A stretch of 46,619 bases of DNA from Nitrospirota bacterium. Its GTDB lineage: Bacteria; Nitrospirota; Thermodesulfovibrionia; Thermodesulfovibrionales; JdFR-85. The notes under the pieces were generated by a model. The model was given only the letters and a program-made list of their open reading frames with translations, did no database searches and was not told the origin of the DNA. Positions 46,493 through 46,619 of the stretch are shown here, piece after piece. A program made the translations under genes and the position numbers. Each line of letters starts with the position of its first letter. Position 1 is the first letter of the stretch. Location of the stretch: NCBI GenBank assembly GCA_013151495.1, contig JAADIE010000081.1, positions 1 through 46,619 of the forward strand, written 5' to 3'.

Positions 46493-46619
46493 TATAATGT
46501 CGTTTTAATGACGTAGATAGGTATAGAGATATTTACCACTCTAAGAGAAAAACAATACACATAGAAGAAGGAAAGACAGGAGAACGGATAAGTACGGTTG
46601 AAACTTTAAGTAGGATAAC

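Noticed and set aside
46493-46619. Purine-rich 3' terminal stretch
   Set aside because: No recognizable ORF, repeat or RNA motif. It may be intergenic or a low-quality contig end.
1-46619. CRISPR arrays, tandem repeats, transposases, phage or defence genes, and the many short antisense ORFs in the track
   Set aside because: No repeat-spacer periodicity or mobile/defence motifs were found by eye. The short ORFs overlap well-supported genes and lack motifs.

Overview
A gene-dense chromosomal window from an anaerobic bacterium. Gene content and order suggest Nitrospirota/Thermodesulfovibrionia, but this is an inference. Housekeeping content: tRNA-Gly and tRNA-Cys, hypF-hypD, yceD-rpmF-plsX-fabH-larB, acyP-bioB, ychF, tsaB, mnmA, panC, ispG, mltG, groESL with a perfect CIRCE, and rpsF-ssb-rpsR with an S6:S18 leader. 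Four accessory-type signals stand out. (1) A sigma54 energy island: an NtrC-type activator, a small two-CW Cys-rich protein, and an operon of a Cys-type formate dehydrogenase plus AsrA/AsrB (HydB/HydG, FlxB/FlxA)-like subunits. Both sigma54 promoters have visible -24/-12, IHF and tandem 17-bp enhancer boxes. The island is back-to-back with a complete rnfCDGEAB operon whose RnfE lacks one conserved Fe-S cysteine. (2) Two fusion proteins that appear to carry RomX-like and RomY-like (MglA/MglB polarity module) domains; this rests on recalled sequences and needs an HMM check. (3) A c-di-GMP cluster: REC-HD-GYP, a hybrid kinase with a degenerate GGDEF that keeps its I-site, and a membrane GAF-GAF-GGDEF cyclase coupled to the rpsF operon. 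(4) Many leaderless or near-leaderless promoters. No CRISPR array, rRNA, transposase or integrase was seen. One clear frameshift (DUF507) and an anomalous 5' end suggest possible assembly errors.
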